DNA of 36,807 bases from positions 1 through 36,807 of IMG/VR virus record IMGVR_UViG_3300037422_000161, one strand, 5' to 3'. The position numbers were made by a program, and so were the translations under genes. How positions within the stretch are numbered: position 1 is the first letter of the stretch; each line of letters starts with the position of its first letter. Shown in pieces: positions 7,958 through 16,972 of the stretch. The DNA is from a virus. Its lineage: Duplodnaviria; Caudoviricetes. The notes below the pieces were generated by a model. That model saw only the letters and a program-made list of their open reading frames with translations, had not been told where the DNA came from and made no database searches.

Positions 7958-9504
7958 TGGCGATTCCGACGGCCGACGCCCTGGCCGCGCTGCGCGACCC
8001 CGCGTACCACCGGCACCTGATGTTCCGCCGTGTGGACTCCGTCCTCGAGCGCCAGCTCGGCCGCGAGCTCGAGCCGCACGAGGCGCAGTCCAAGCTGCGT
8101 GGGCCACAGCTGTCGATCGTCCGCCGTATCGAGCGCGCGATCGCCGCGCGCGCCGGCGAGAAGATCTCGGTGCTCATGGCGCGGCAGACCGGCAAGAACG
8201 AGATCGAGGGCTTCCTCGAGACGCGCGCGCTGAGGGTGTGGTGCGGGATCCCTGGGTCGACCTGGGTGCGGACGGCGCCGACGCACAAGCCGCAGATCGT
8301 GAACTCGAAGCTGCGGCTCGAGAAGCACCTGCTGTGCGATCCGCTGATCGCCGGACGCTACCGCAAGCGCGAGGGGTACATCTACGAGCTGGGCAAGGCG
8401 CAGGTGCACTTCCTGTCCGGCGGGAGGACGGCGCAGGTCGTCGGTGACACCGCGTCGATCGCGCTGTCGGTCGACGAGGCGCACAAGATCGACCGGGACA
8501 AGTTCGAGGAGGACTTCGCCCCGTTCACGGCATCGACGAACGCGCCCACGATCCTGTGGGGTGTGGCCGCGGCCAAACAGGACCTGCTCCACCGCTACCG
8601 CGAGGAGGCCCGCGGCACCGACCGCGTGATGGTGTTCCCGGCCGCGGTGTGGTGCGAGTTGTCGAAGCCCTACGCAGGCCACTACGAGACGCGCCGGCGC
8701 GAGCTCGGCGCCGACCACCCGGTGATCTTGACCCAGTACGACCTGGTTCCCGTCGAGGCCATCGGGGCGTACCTGAATCCCGCGCAGCGCGCTGCGCTGT
8801 TCGCGGGCGACCACCCGCGTCTCGAGGCTCCGCGCGCCGGGATGTCCTACGGCATCCTGGTCGACATCGGCGGCGAGGTCGAGTACGAGGCCGACAGCGA
8901 CGAGGTGCGCGAGCTCGAGCCCGGGCGCGACAGCACCCAGGTCCTGATCGTCGAGTGGGATCCGCGAGCGCCGCAGGAGCCGTACCCGGTGACGCGGATC
9001 GTCAACGCCCTCACGTGGACCGGGAAGCAACACGAGGCGGCCGGTCCCGAGATCGTGAAACTCTGCCACCACTGGCGCGTCGGCGTCGGAGCCATCGACG
9101 CCGTCGGCGTCGGCGAGGCCACCGCGGGCTACGTGAGCCGGCGCGTTCCCGCGGTCGCGCCGTACAAGGCGACGTCGACGACGGTGTCCGAGGACTGCTT
9201 CGACCTCCTGGCCCGGTTGAACTGCGGGACCATCACCGCCTGGCGCGCGGACACGGCCGCGGACGCCGAGCTGCGCGAGCTCGAGGCGCAGAGCCGGCAC
9301 ACGCGCTACGAGATCCGGGGCCACACGAAGATGCGCCTCAAGAAGCCGACCGGCATCGGCACGTCGGACCTGCACATCGACATGGTCAAGGCGCTGACCT
9401 ACGCGCGCCTGGTCGTCGGCCGCGCCCCCTACTCCGGCCTGCTGGGCTGGATGGAGCAGAAGGCCGAGGCTGCGCGTGCCGCGCGGGAGGCGCGGAAGTC
9501 GTAG
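7957..9504 (+). CDS. terL: Terminase large subunit
   Basis: MARQTGKNE Walker A, LSVDEAH Walker B, C-terminal nuclease-type acidic motifs (LVDIGG, AIDAVGVG, HIDMVKA); TGATG coupling at 7955-7959. Confidence 0.88.
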   Translation: MAIPTADALAALRDPAYHRHLMFRRVDSVLERQLGRELEPHEAQSKLRGPQLSIVRRIERAIAARAGEKISVLMARQTGKNEIEGFLETRALRVWCGIPGSTWVRTAPTHKPQIVNSKLRLEKHLLCDPLIAGRYRKREGYIYELGKAQVHFLSGGRTAQVVGDTASIALSVDEAHKIDRDKFEEDFAPFTASTNAPTILWGVAAAKQDLLHRYREEARGTDRVMVFPAAVWCELSKPYAGHYETRRRELGADHPVILTQYDLVPVEAIGAYLNPAQRAALFAGDHPRLEAPRAGMSYGILVDIGGEVEYEADSDEVRELEPGRDSTQVLIVEWDPRAPQEPYPVTRIVNALTWTGKQHEAAGPEIVKLCHHWRVGVGAIDAVGVGEATAGYVSRRVPAVAPYKATSTTVSEDCFDLLARLNCGTITAWRADTAADAELRELEAQSRHTRYEIRGHTKMRLKKPTGIGTSDLHIDMVKALTYARLVVGRAPYSGLLGWMEQKAEAARAAREARKS

Positions 9505-11974
9505 CCTCGCCAAGCGGCTGCCGCCCGGCGTGGTCCGCACCGCGCCCCTGTCGGTGACGCTGCCGGAGTTCTTCGACCCGGTCTCCGGGCGTGCGCTCGG
9601 CGATCGCGCGGCGTCGCTGATGCCGAGCGCGTCTCGTCCGTTCCCCGCCGGCGAGCCGCCTCCGACCGGGCAGCCCACGGGCTCGCACCCGCGAGCGCTC
9701 ATCCCGCCGCCGTTCCAGAACACAACCGGCCACCGCCGGCGGTGGCGCGGGATCGACCTCACGCCGTTCGCGCAGCTCCGGGCGCTGTCGCGTTTCGACC
9801 TGGTCCGGGTCGTGATTCGCGACATCAAGGGCCAGTGCCAGGGGATCGAGCTCGAGGTCGCGGTCCGCGACGAGTTCAAGGACCAGGCCCGGGCGCTGCA
9901 GCCGAAGGTCGACGCGGCCCGCGCGTTCGTCGAGTGCCCGGACCCGCTCGCGGACCTGGACCTCGCGGGGTGGGTCGGCAAGGCGATCGAGGAGATCTTA
10001 GTCACCGACGCGCTGTCGCTCTACCCGATCTTCTCGAAGGGTGGCGAGCCGCTCGGACTCGGCCAGATCGACGGCGCGACGATCAAGCCGCTCGTCGACG
10101 ACCTCGGCCGGCCTCCGCTGCCGCCGAACCTGGCCTACCTGCAGTACGTGCACGGCCTGCCGGAGACGGGCTTCTACCAGCCGCTCGGCACGCCGTCGAG
10201 CCGCGAGCTGTGGTACCTGCCGTACGAGCGGCAGCCCGACTCGCCGTACGGCTACAGCAGCACCGAGCAGGTGCTCATGACCGTCAACCTGGCGATCCGC
10301 CACACCCTGCACGACCTCGCGTACTACACGAGCGGCAGCCTCCCGGACTCGCTCTACACGATGCCCGAGGGGTGGAACCAGGAGACGATCGAGAAGTTCC
10401 AGCTCTGGTGGGACGACGTCCTGGACGGCCGCAGCGATCGCCGCGCCGGCGGCGTGCGATTCGTTCCGCAGGGCACCTACACCGCGACGAAGACCCGGGA
10501 GTTCAAGTACGACTTCCTCGAGTGGCTCGGCCGTGTGATCGCGTGGGGCTTCGGCGTGTCGCCGCTGCCGATCATGCGGATCTCGAACCGCGCGCAGGCC
10601 GACCGGATGGAGCAGAGCGTCTCGGAGTCGGGCGTCCGGCCGCTGATCGGCTTCGTGGTGCGCATCCTGAACCGCTACGTTCAGCGCGTGCTAGGCCTGG
10701 CGGAGATCGAGGTGCGGCTGCGTGACGACGAGGTCGAGGACCCCGCGGTCGTGGCCACGCGGAACGTGTCCTACGTGCACGGCGGCATCCGGACGCTGAA
10801 CGCCACCCGCGCGGACCTCGGCGAGGAGCCGTACCCGGCCGAGTTCGGCGATCGCCCGTTCGTGATGACGCCCTCGGGCCCGCTGTTCCTCGACACGATC
10901 GAGGAGGAGCGCAAGAGGCGTGAGGAGCAGGCGGCCGCGCTGGCGGCGAGGCTGGGCGGCGGCGGCCAGCCGGGCGGCGGCGCTCCCGGGGCGGGTCCCG
11001 TAACCGACCCGGAGCCCGACCCCGATACCCTCACCGAAGAGCCCGCGCTCGAGCGCCTGCACCGCTGCCACGTCGAGCACCGCGGGCGCGTCCGCGATGA
11101 CCTGCAGAAGCGTCACCGCGTGCAGAAGCGCCACCCGGGGCGCGCGTTCGTCTCGACGCTGATCCCGCCGCGGGGCGCCGCGCGGCGGTTCCAGAAGGCC
11201 GAGCTCGCGCTGACGACGGAGCAGAAGGCGCTAGAGGCCTCGCTGCGCACGGCCGTGTCCGCGTGGCTCGCTGCGCAGCTCCCGGTGGTGACGGCGTGGG
11301 CGATCGGCTTCCTGCCACCGGCGCCAGCGGCGAAGCTCGCGAAGCAGCTCCCGCTGCCGCCGTTCGTCGGCGAGAAGGACCTGTTCAACGCCATCTCGGC
11401 CGTGCTGTTCGAGGCGCACCAGGTGGGCGCCGGCGACGCCGCGCTGTCGATCGCGGCCGACCTGAGCACTCCGTCCGAGACCGCGCTGGCCTACGCGCAG
11501 GAGCGCGCGGCCGAGCTGGTCGGAAAGACGTGGATCGCGGGCCAGCTGGTCGACAACCCGAGCCCGAAGTTCGCGATCACGGACACGCTGCGGCAGGACG
11601 TGCAGTCGCTCGTCACGCGGGCGATCGCGGAGGGCATGTCGCCGCAGGACCTAACGTCGAAGATGGTCGAGACGTTCGGGCCGTGGCGCGCGGAGACGAT
11701 CGCGCGCACCGAGACGGGGATCGCGTACAACGCCGGCGCCGCGGACGTCTACGAGGCCTCGGACGTCGCCCACGTCGAGATCCTCGACGGCGAGGGCTGC
11801 CTGCCCAGCGGGCACCTGGCGGGCGCGCCGAAGGCCAGCGGGTCGGTCGGCGTCGTCGAGGAGAACGCGGAGGCGGACGGGCAGGTCTGGACCGTCGCGC
11901 AGTGGCGCGAGCTGATGCTGGGGCACCCGAACTGCGTCCGTGCCGGCGTGCCGTACTTCGCTGGGGAGGTCTGA
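9497..11974 (+). CDS. Portal protein fused to Mu gpF-like head morphogenesis domain; start AGT 9497 or GTG 9476
   Basis: Portal motifs (IDGATIKP, SPYGYS..EQ, FGVSP, GIRTLNATRADLG) and C-terminal RAETIARTET..AYN...HPNCVR. Confidence 0.88.
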   Translation, partial: SRSLAKRLPPGVVRTAPLSVTLPEFFDPVSGRALGDRAASLMPSASRPFPAGEPPPTGQPTGSHPRALIPPPFQNTTGHRRRWRGIDLTPFAQLRALSRFDLVRVVIRDIKGQCQGIELEVAVRDEFKDQARALQPKVDAARAFVECPDPLADLDLAGWVGKAIEEILVTDALSLYPIFSKGGEPLGLGQIDGATIKPLVDDLGRPPLPPNLAYLQYVHGLPETGFYQPLGTPSSRELWYLPYERQPDSPYGYSSTEQVLMTVNLAIRHTLHDLAYYTSGSLPDSLYTMPEGWNQETIEKFQLWWDDVLDGRSDRRAGGVRFVPQGTYTATKTREFKYDFLEWLGRVIAWGFGVSPLPIMRISNRAQADRMEQSVSESGVRPLIGFVVRILNRYVQRVLGLAEIEVRLRDDEVEDPAVVATRNVSYVHGGIRTLNATRADLGEEPYPAEFGDRPFVMTPSGPLFLDTIEEERKRREEQAAALAARLGGGGQPGGGAPGAGPVTDPEPDPDTLTEEPALERLHRCHVEHRGRVRDDLQKRHRVQKRHPGRAFVSTLIPPRGAARRFQKAELALTTEQKALEASLRTAVSAWLAAQLPVVTAWAIGFLPPAPAAKLAKQLPLPPFVGEKDLFNAISAVLFEAHQVGAGDAALSIAADLSTPSETALAYAQERAAELVGKTWIAGQLVDNPSPKFAITDTLRQDVQSLVTRAIAEGMSPQDLTSKMVETFGPWRAETIARTETGIAYNAGAADVYEASDVAHVEILDGEGCLPSGHLAGAPKASGSVGVVEENAEADGQVWTVAQWRELMLGHPNCVRAGVPYFAGEV

Positions 11975-11975
11975 T

Positions 11976-12005
11976 GCGGCCGCCGACTCAGCGGCCGCCG
12001 ACTCA
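11976..12005 (+). repeat. 15-bp tandem repeat (GCGGCCGCCGACTCA)x2
   Basis: Exact tandem duplication just after the portal stop. Confidence 0.8.
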
Positions 12006-12114
12006 GCGCCGGGCCTACGAGGCGCCGCAGGTGATTCCAGCGCCGCCCTTCGGCGGCTCCCCACGAATCGCGTTCCTCATGTCCGCCTGGGACTGCGAGT
12101 GGCTCAGGTCTCAT

Positions 12115-12187
12115 CGCCGCGTGGAGCAGACGGTAGCTCGCCGGTCTACTTTGCCGGAGGTCGCTGGTTCGAGTCCAGCCGCGGCTA
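12115..12187 (+). tRNA. Initiator-type (tRNA-fMet-like) tRNA with anticodon ACU (reads AGU); CCA not encoded
   Basis: C-GCCGCG/CGCGGC-U-A acceptor with C1:U72 mismatch and A73; D stem GAGC/GCTC (A11-U24); anticodon stem CCGGT/GCCGG with loop CT-ACT-TT; variable AGGTC; T arm GCTGG-TTCGAGT-CCAGC. Confidence 0.9.
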
Positions 12188-12211
12188 CCCCCCTGATACC
12201 GGAGGCGCTGA

Positions 12212-12574
12212 AGTCCCCGCACTGACGTACCCGTAACCGTCGTCGGCGTGGCCGGCCTCGCGCTGGGCGCGCCCGCGACCGAGGTCGCGGGCGACACGGT
12301 CAACGGGCACAAGATGCGCAACACCGGCCGGGAGTGGCTGCACGTGCGCAACACGAGCGGGTCGCCCGAGACGGTGACGCTCATCATCCCGCGCACGGTC
12401 GACGGCGCGGCCGTCGAGGACCCCCAGCGCACCATCGCCGCCAACGAGTCCCGGTCGTTCCCGCCGTTCAACGAATCGGTCTATGACCCCGGCTCCGGTG
12501 CCGAGGACGTCGGCTACCTGACCTTCGACGTGTCGTCCGCGAACCTGCGGTTCCAGGCGTTCCGCAAGAGCTGA
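12212..12574 (+). CDS. Small beta-rich virion (head-associated) protein; predicted AGT start
   Basis: GGAGG-cgctga-AGT-CCC-CGC-ACT gives xPRTDVPVTVVGVAGL...GDTVNGH.MRNTGREWLHVRN; GTG 12248 has no SD. Confidence 0.75.
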   Translation, partial: SPRTDVPVTVVGVAGLALGAPATEVAGDTVNGHKMRNTGREWLHVRNTSGSPETVTLIIPRTVDGAAVEDPQRTIAANESRSFPPFNESVYDPGSGAEDVGYLTFDVSSANLRFQAFRKS

Positions 12575-12600
12575 GCCCCCGGGCCAGACGGAGACCCACG

Positions 12601-13842
12601 ATGAGCAACGCGAGATTCGAGCGGTTCGTCCCGATCACCAAGGTCAACGAGGAGACCCGGGAGGTCCACGGCATTCTCGCGCTCGAGCAGCCCGACCACG
12701 CGGGCGAGATCATGGACTACGAGAAGTCGAAGCCATTCATCCAGGAGTGGAGCGACTCGTTCAAGCTCGCGACCGGCGGCAAGAGCGCGGGCAACCTGCG
12801 CGCGATGCACGGCAACGTGTGCGCGGGGAAGTTCACGGCCGTCGAGTTCAACGATGCCGACAAGTCGGTCCCGGTGGTGGCGAAGGTGGTCGACGAGCAG
12901 GAGTGGGCCAAGGTCGTCGAGGGCTGCTACACGGGCTTCTCGATCGGCGGATCGTATGGCGACGTCTGGATGGACGGCAAGCTCAAGCGCTACATCGCCA
13001 AGCCGGTCGAGGGCTCGCTGGCGGACAAGCCGTGCATGCCCGGCGCAACGTTCACGCTGATCCGTGCCGACGGCTCGGTCGAGCTGCGGAAGTTCGTCGC
13101 CGCGCCGCCCGCGCCCACCGAGGCCGTCGCGAAGTGGCTCGACGGCTCGCTGCGCAAGGCGCTCGAGGCCGCGGTCGCGGCCGGCGACTCCGCGATCGAG
13201 TCGATCAAGGCCATGGCGGTGCAGATGCTCGGCGAGGCCGGGAAGCCCGACACGTGGTCGATCGAGGACCTGATGCAGGCAATCCGCCGGGTCGCCGGCG
13301 CGCAGTATTCGGCGGCATCCGCCGGTGGAGGACTGAGCATGTCGACGCAGCCCGAAGTCACGAAGACCGCGCCGGTCGCCGGCGCCCCCGCGGCGACCGC
13401 GGACCCCGCGCCGCCGGCACCGGCCACCGCGCCGGCCGGCGACGTCCACATCCTGAAGCAGATCACCGACACGCTCGGAGCGCTGCACAAGGCGCTGACC
13501 GACCAGGCCGGCGAGCAGAAGGCCGCCCGGGAGGAGCTCGGCAAGGTCGTGGAGGCCGCGACGGCGGCCGCGACGTCGAGCATTCTCGAGAAGGCAGGGG
13601 CTCAGTTGGCGGAGGTCCAGAAGTCGCTCGAGGAGCGCATCGGGAAGATCGAGGCCCAGCCCGCCCGTCCCGGCGTCCCGGTGGACAAGACGGTCGGGGT
13701 GACCGGCGCGCACCCGCTCGCCGCGGAGTTCGGAAAACTGGAGGCGCTGATCCAGACGCTCGAGAAGTCGGGGGCCGACTCGGCCACGATCCGCGACGTT
13801 CGGATGGCGGCCTCGCAACTGGCGCTCGCGCCGCTGCGCTAG
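12601..13842 (+). CDS. Prohead protease with C-terminal scaffold region
   Basis: ITKVNEETREVHG, NLRAMHG, YTGFSIGG, EGSLADKPCMPGATF; C-terminal Ala/Pro linker and coiled coil. Confidence 0.85.
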   Translation: MSNARFERFVPITKVNEETREVHGILALEQPDHAGEIMDYEKSKPFIQEWSDSFKLATGGKSAGNLRAMHGNVCAGKFTAVEFNDADKSVPVVAKVVDEQEWAKVVEGCYTGFSIGGSYGDVWMDGKLKRYIAKPVEGSLADKPCMPGATFTLIRADGSVELRKFVAAPPAPTEAVAKWLDGSLRKALEAAVAAGDSAIESIKAMAVQMLGEAGKPDTWSIEDLMQAIRRVAGAQYSAASAGGGLSMSTQPEVTKTAPVAGAPAATADPAPPAPATAPAGDVHILKQITDTLGALHKALTDQAGEQKAAREELGKVVEAATAAATSSILEKAGAQLAEVQKSLEERIGKIEAQPARPGVPVDKTVGVTGAHPLAAEFGKLEALIQTLEKSGADSATIRDVRMAASQLALAPLR

Positions 13843-13863
13843 CGGCCACAACGGAGGTGCTGA

Positions 13864-15333
13864 AGTAACCCGCAACTGACGATGGACACGCTCGGCCAGG
13901 TGGCCGAGGCGATCAAGGGCCTGCGCGCCAACCCCGCGCTGGCGAAGGCGATCGACCTCGCGACCGGCCTGACGGGCTTCAACTTGGAGGCTCCCGCGAA
14001 GCTCCAGGTGCCGCTGCTCGCGCCGTTCCGGCAGAGCATCGGGCGCCGGGTCTGGCCCGGCAACGGGACGAACTGGAAGGCGATCACCGCGGTGACGCCG
14101 ACCGGGACACTGAAGGCCGCGGAGGCCACGAAGGCCAACGCGTGGGCGCTCACGAAGGTCGACAAGTCGACGACTTACGGGTCGTACGGACGAGCCGGCA
14201 GCGTGACGTGGGAAGGCCAGCTCGCCGGCATGAACTTCGAGGACGTGCGCGCTCGCGACGAGGCGATCACGCTCCTTCAGTTCCTGCGCGAGGAGGAGGC
14301 CTGCATCCTCGGCGGGCACGCCGGCACCGCGCTCGGCGCGAGTCCGACGATCACCGCGGTGGCGGCGGCGGCCGGAGGCGCGCTCGTCGACGACCAGTAC
14401 TTCTTCATGATCGTCTCGCTGACGATGGCGGGCGCGATCCGGGCCGGGCGCATCATGCGGCCGACGCCGGGCACGAACAAGTACGACTTCCTGGCCGCGG
14501 ACGGGCAGACGCTGACGCTCGGCGACGGTCACGGGCTCGTGTCCGCCGAGGCCAACGCGACGGTCGCGGGCGGCGGCGGAGCCGGCCAGGTGACGCTGAC
14601 CTGGACGCCCGACCCGGAAGCCGTCGCGTACGCGGTGTACTGCGGCCTCACGACGGGCGCGGCGAACCTGAAGCTGCAGGGCGTCGTGTCCCAGACCGAG
14701 GTGATCATGACCTCGTTCGGCACGCTGGGCGCGGCCGCGTCGCTCGTCGCGGCCGCAGGCGACACGTCGAACAGCGCGCCGTTCAGCGGGATCCTCTCCC
14801 AGCTCGTGGCGGCCGGCTCGGGGGCCTACACGCGCAACCTGAACAACCCGCTGTCGGCGGCGTCGGGTCGCGGGATCGCCGAGATCGACCTGATGCTCGA
14901 CGACATCTACGACCGTGTGAAGGAGGAGCCCGACCGGCTGCTGATGGGATGGACGGAGCACCAGGCGATCGACGACAAGATGTCGGCGGTGGCCAACGAT
15001 CGCGTGAACCTCAACGTCACGGTCGGCGCGGACGGCGACCCCGGGGCGCAGATGCCGCGGTTCACGAAATACAAGTCCAGCCGCGGGAAGCTCATCCAGA
15101 TGGAGGAGAACCCGAACATCCCGGGCGGGATCATCATCGCGCTGAAGGACCGCGTCGCGTTGCCGAACTCGGAGGTCCCGTCGCCGTGGCAGATGCACAT
15201 GGCGGCGGAGGTCATGCGGCTCGACTACGCGATGACGGCGCCGAAGGACGAGTTCGAGGTGCGGGCGCGCGGCGCGCTCGCGGGCTACGTGCCGTCGTTC
15301 CAGGGCGTCCTCTACAACATCCACGAGGCGTGA
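13864..15333 (+). CDS. Major capsid protein; predicted AGT start
   Basis: Follows the protease/scaffold; GFNLEAPAK..., EEEACILGG, central beta-rich insertion; GGAGG-tgctga-AGT in frame, whereas ATG 13882 lacks an SD. Confidence 0.85.
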   Translation, partial: SNPQLTMDTLGQVAEAIKGLRANPALAKAIDLATGLTGFNLEAPAKLQVPLLAPFRQSIGRRVWPGNGTNWKAITAVTPTGTLKAAEATKANAWALTKVDKSTTYGSYGRAGSVTWEGQLAGMNFEDVRARDEAITLLQFLREEEACILGGHAGTALGASPTITAVAAAAGGALVDDQYFFMIVSLTMAGAIRAGRIMRPTPGTNKYDFLAADGQTLTLGDGHGLVSAEANATVAGGGGAGQVTLTWTPDPEAVAYAVYCGLTTGAANLKLQGVVSQTEVIMTSFGTLGAAASLVAAAGDTSNSAPFSGILSQLVAAGSGAYTRNLNNPLSAASGRGIAEIDLMLDDIYDRVKEEPDRLLMGWTEHQAIDDKMSAVANDRVNLNVTVGADGDPGAQMPRFTKYKSSRGKLIQMEENPNIPGGIIIALKDRVALPNSEVPSPWQMHMAAEVMRLDYAMTAPKDEFEVRARGALAGYVPSFQGVLYNIHEA

Positions 15334-15362
15334 CCCTGGCCGGCTTCCGAGACTGAACGAAC

Positions 15363-15396
15363 CGGGCGGCCGGGGGCATCGCGCTCCCGGCCGCCC
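15363..15396 (+). terminator. Strong GC hairpin after the capsid gene (terminator or mRNA stabiliser)
   Basis: GGGCGGCCGGGGGC-ATCGC-GCTCCCGGCCGCCC; no U tract. Confidence 0.5.
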
Positions 15397-15409
15397 AACG
15401 AGGAGCGCG

Positions 15410-15685
15410 ATGGCGAGGAAGGACGATCGACACGAGACGCACGCGGCGGGAGTCGCCCAGGGTGCTGCGCCCGAGAGTGCGGCGGATCCGGTGGCGGCGG
15501 ATCCGGTGGCCCAGGAGGCCCCGCCTCCCGCGGCCCCGTCGGCGACGATCACGATGAAGGCCCCCGCGGGCGCCTGCGACGTGTGCTTCGACGGCGAGAC
15601 CTACCCGGTCGCGAAGGACGGAACGGTGAAGCTCCCGCGCGCGGCTGAGCGCGTGCTCGTCCCGCTGGGCTTCCGCACCACGTAG
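15410..15685 (+). CDS. Small Ala/Pro-rich virion-associated protein
   Basis: AGGAG SD and ATG; position after the capsid gene. Confidence 0.7.
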   Translation: MARKDDRHETHAAGVAQGAAPESAADPVAADPVAQEAPPPAAPSATITMKAPAGACDVCFDGETYPVAKDGTVKLPRAAERVLVPLGFRTT

Positions 15686-15695
15686 GGCGCGCTGA

Positions 15696-16334
15696 AGTAT
15701 CGGCACGACCGCAGAACTGAAGGCCTGGGCGCGGACGAAGCTCGACTCCGCGGACGCCACCCTGCTGACCCGCGTCCTCACCGCGGCCTCGGACTACATC
15801 GAGGACCGCACCGGGAGGCTGTGGGCCAAGGCGGAGCACACGCTCTACTTCGACGGTGACCGCGCGGACGGGCGCAACCGCGAGCTGCTGATCGTGCCGC
15901 CGCGCTACCGGCCGGCGCACTACGCTCCAGGGACCGACGAGATCACCGTCACCGAGGACGGCACGGCGCTCGTTGTCGCGGTCGGGTACTCGACCACCGC
16001 GGACGTGATCCTGCGCAACGCCAACGACCCGCGGCAGAGGCTCGCGCTGGTACGACGCGGGACGAGCCCGCAAAACCTGCTGGCCGACTCGCCGGCGACG
16101 CCCGGATGGGCCGGCGGCGTGCAGAACATCGCCGTCACGCTGAAGGCGGGGCCCGCCACTGGCACGGCCCCCGCGGACCTCGTCCAGGCGGCCTACGAGC
16201 TGGCCTACCTGTTCTACGACGACCCGACGCGCGTGGGGAAGAGTTCGTCTTCGCGCGCGGGCGCGTCCATCACGGTCGAGCGCGACCTGTCGAAGATCGC
16301 GCAGATGGCGATCGCGTCGAGGGCCGTGGCGTGA
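15696..16334 (+). CDS. Head-tail connector (gp6/gp15-like adaptor); predicted AGT start
   Basis: From AGT 15696: xIGTTAELKAWARTKLDSADATLLTRVLTAASDYIEDRTGRLW...NIAVTLKAG...PADLVQAAYELA; first canonical start (GTG 15894) is 66 codons downstream. Confidence 0.82.
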   Translation, partial: SIGTTAELKAWARTKLDSADATLLTRVLTAASDYIEDRTGRLWAKAEHTLYFDGDRADGRNRELLIVPPRYRPAHYAPGTDEITVTEDGTALVVAVGYSTTADVILRNANDPRQRLALVRRGTSPQNLLADSPATPGWAGGVQNIAVTLKAGPATGTAPADLVQAAYELAYLFYDDPTRVGKSSSSRAGASITVERDLSKIAQMAIASRAVA

Positions 16335-16972
16335 GCGCCCCGATCACCAGCGGCGCCGTGGTCATCGACCTGGGCGAGCTCGAGCGCCTGGTCGAGGCGC
16401 AGGGCATCAAGCTGCCGGCCACGGTGGCCGTCGGCCTGCGCGAGTCCGTGCTGCTGATGATCGCGGACGTCACCAAGAACCGCCTGCGCGGCCAGTACCT
16501 CCACCGGCGCACCGGGACGCTGATCCGCAGCATCACCGCGTCGCCGCCGGCGAGGCCGGAGGTCACCCTGCAGGGCGACGGGGGCGGGCTCGTCCGCGAC
16601 TGGTTCGGGACGCACCTCGATTACGGCCGCGCGCACGAGCTCGGCTTCCGCGGCCGCGTGCAGATCCCGGCGCACACCCGGCGGCTCACGCGGAACGTCA
16701 AGCGAGCGAAGGCGCGGCTGCGTCAGGCGCAGAAGCGTCTCGGCCCGGCCGCCCCGGTGGGCGGCCTGAGCAGCGCGGGCTTCGCCGTCAAGCGCTTCGC
16801 CCACGTCCGACCGCACAGCCGGTTCATGCGCATCCGCGCGCGCCACTACCTGCGCGACACGATCGCCGCGAACACCGGGAAGGCCCGGCTGCGCGTCATG
16901 CGCGCGGTCCTCCTGCTCCTCCGGACCGGCCGCGTGCCGCGGGGCTCCGAGGTGCGCAGTGCACTCTCGTGA
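16331..16972 (+). CDS. Neck/tail completion protein (HK97 gp10 / virion morphogenesis-like)
   Basis: GTGA coupling; RRTGTLIRSI, GTHLDYGRAHELG, RARHYLRDTI. Confidence 0.75.
   Translation: MSAPITSGAVVIDLGELERLVEAQGIKLPATVAVGLRESVLLMIADVTKNRLRGQYLHRRTGTLIRSITASPPARPEVTLQGDGGGLVRDWFGTHLDYGRAHELGFRGRVQIPAHTRRLTRNVKRAKARLRQAQKRLGPAAPVGGLSSAGFAVKRFAHVRPHSRFMRIRARHYLRDTIAANTGKARLRVMRAVLLLLRTGRVPRGSEVRSALS

Noticed and set aside
12145-12153. Reading the tRNA as an amber suppressor (CTA in the loop) with TAG recoding
   Set aside because: Stem symmetry places ACT, not CTA, at positions 34-36, and TAG acts as a normal stop at several gene ends (9504, 13842, 19238).
11974-12225. 83-aa ORF MRPPTQRPPTQ... 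overlapping the tRNA
   Set aside because: It runs through the tRNA and a tandem repeat with no recognisable protein features; it may be a translated leader but is unsupported as a gene.
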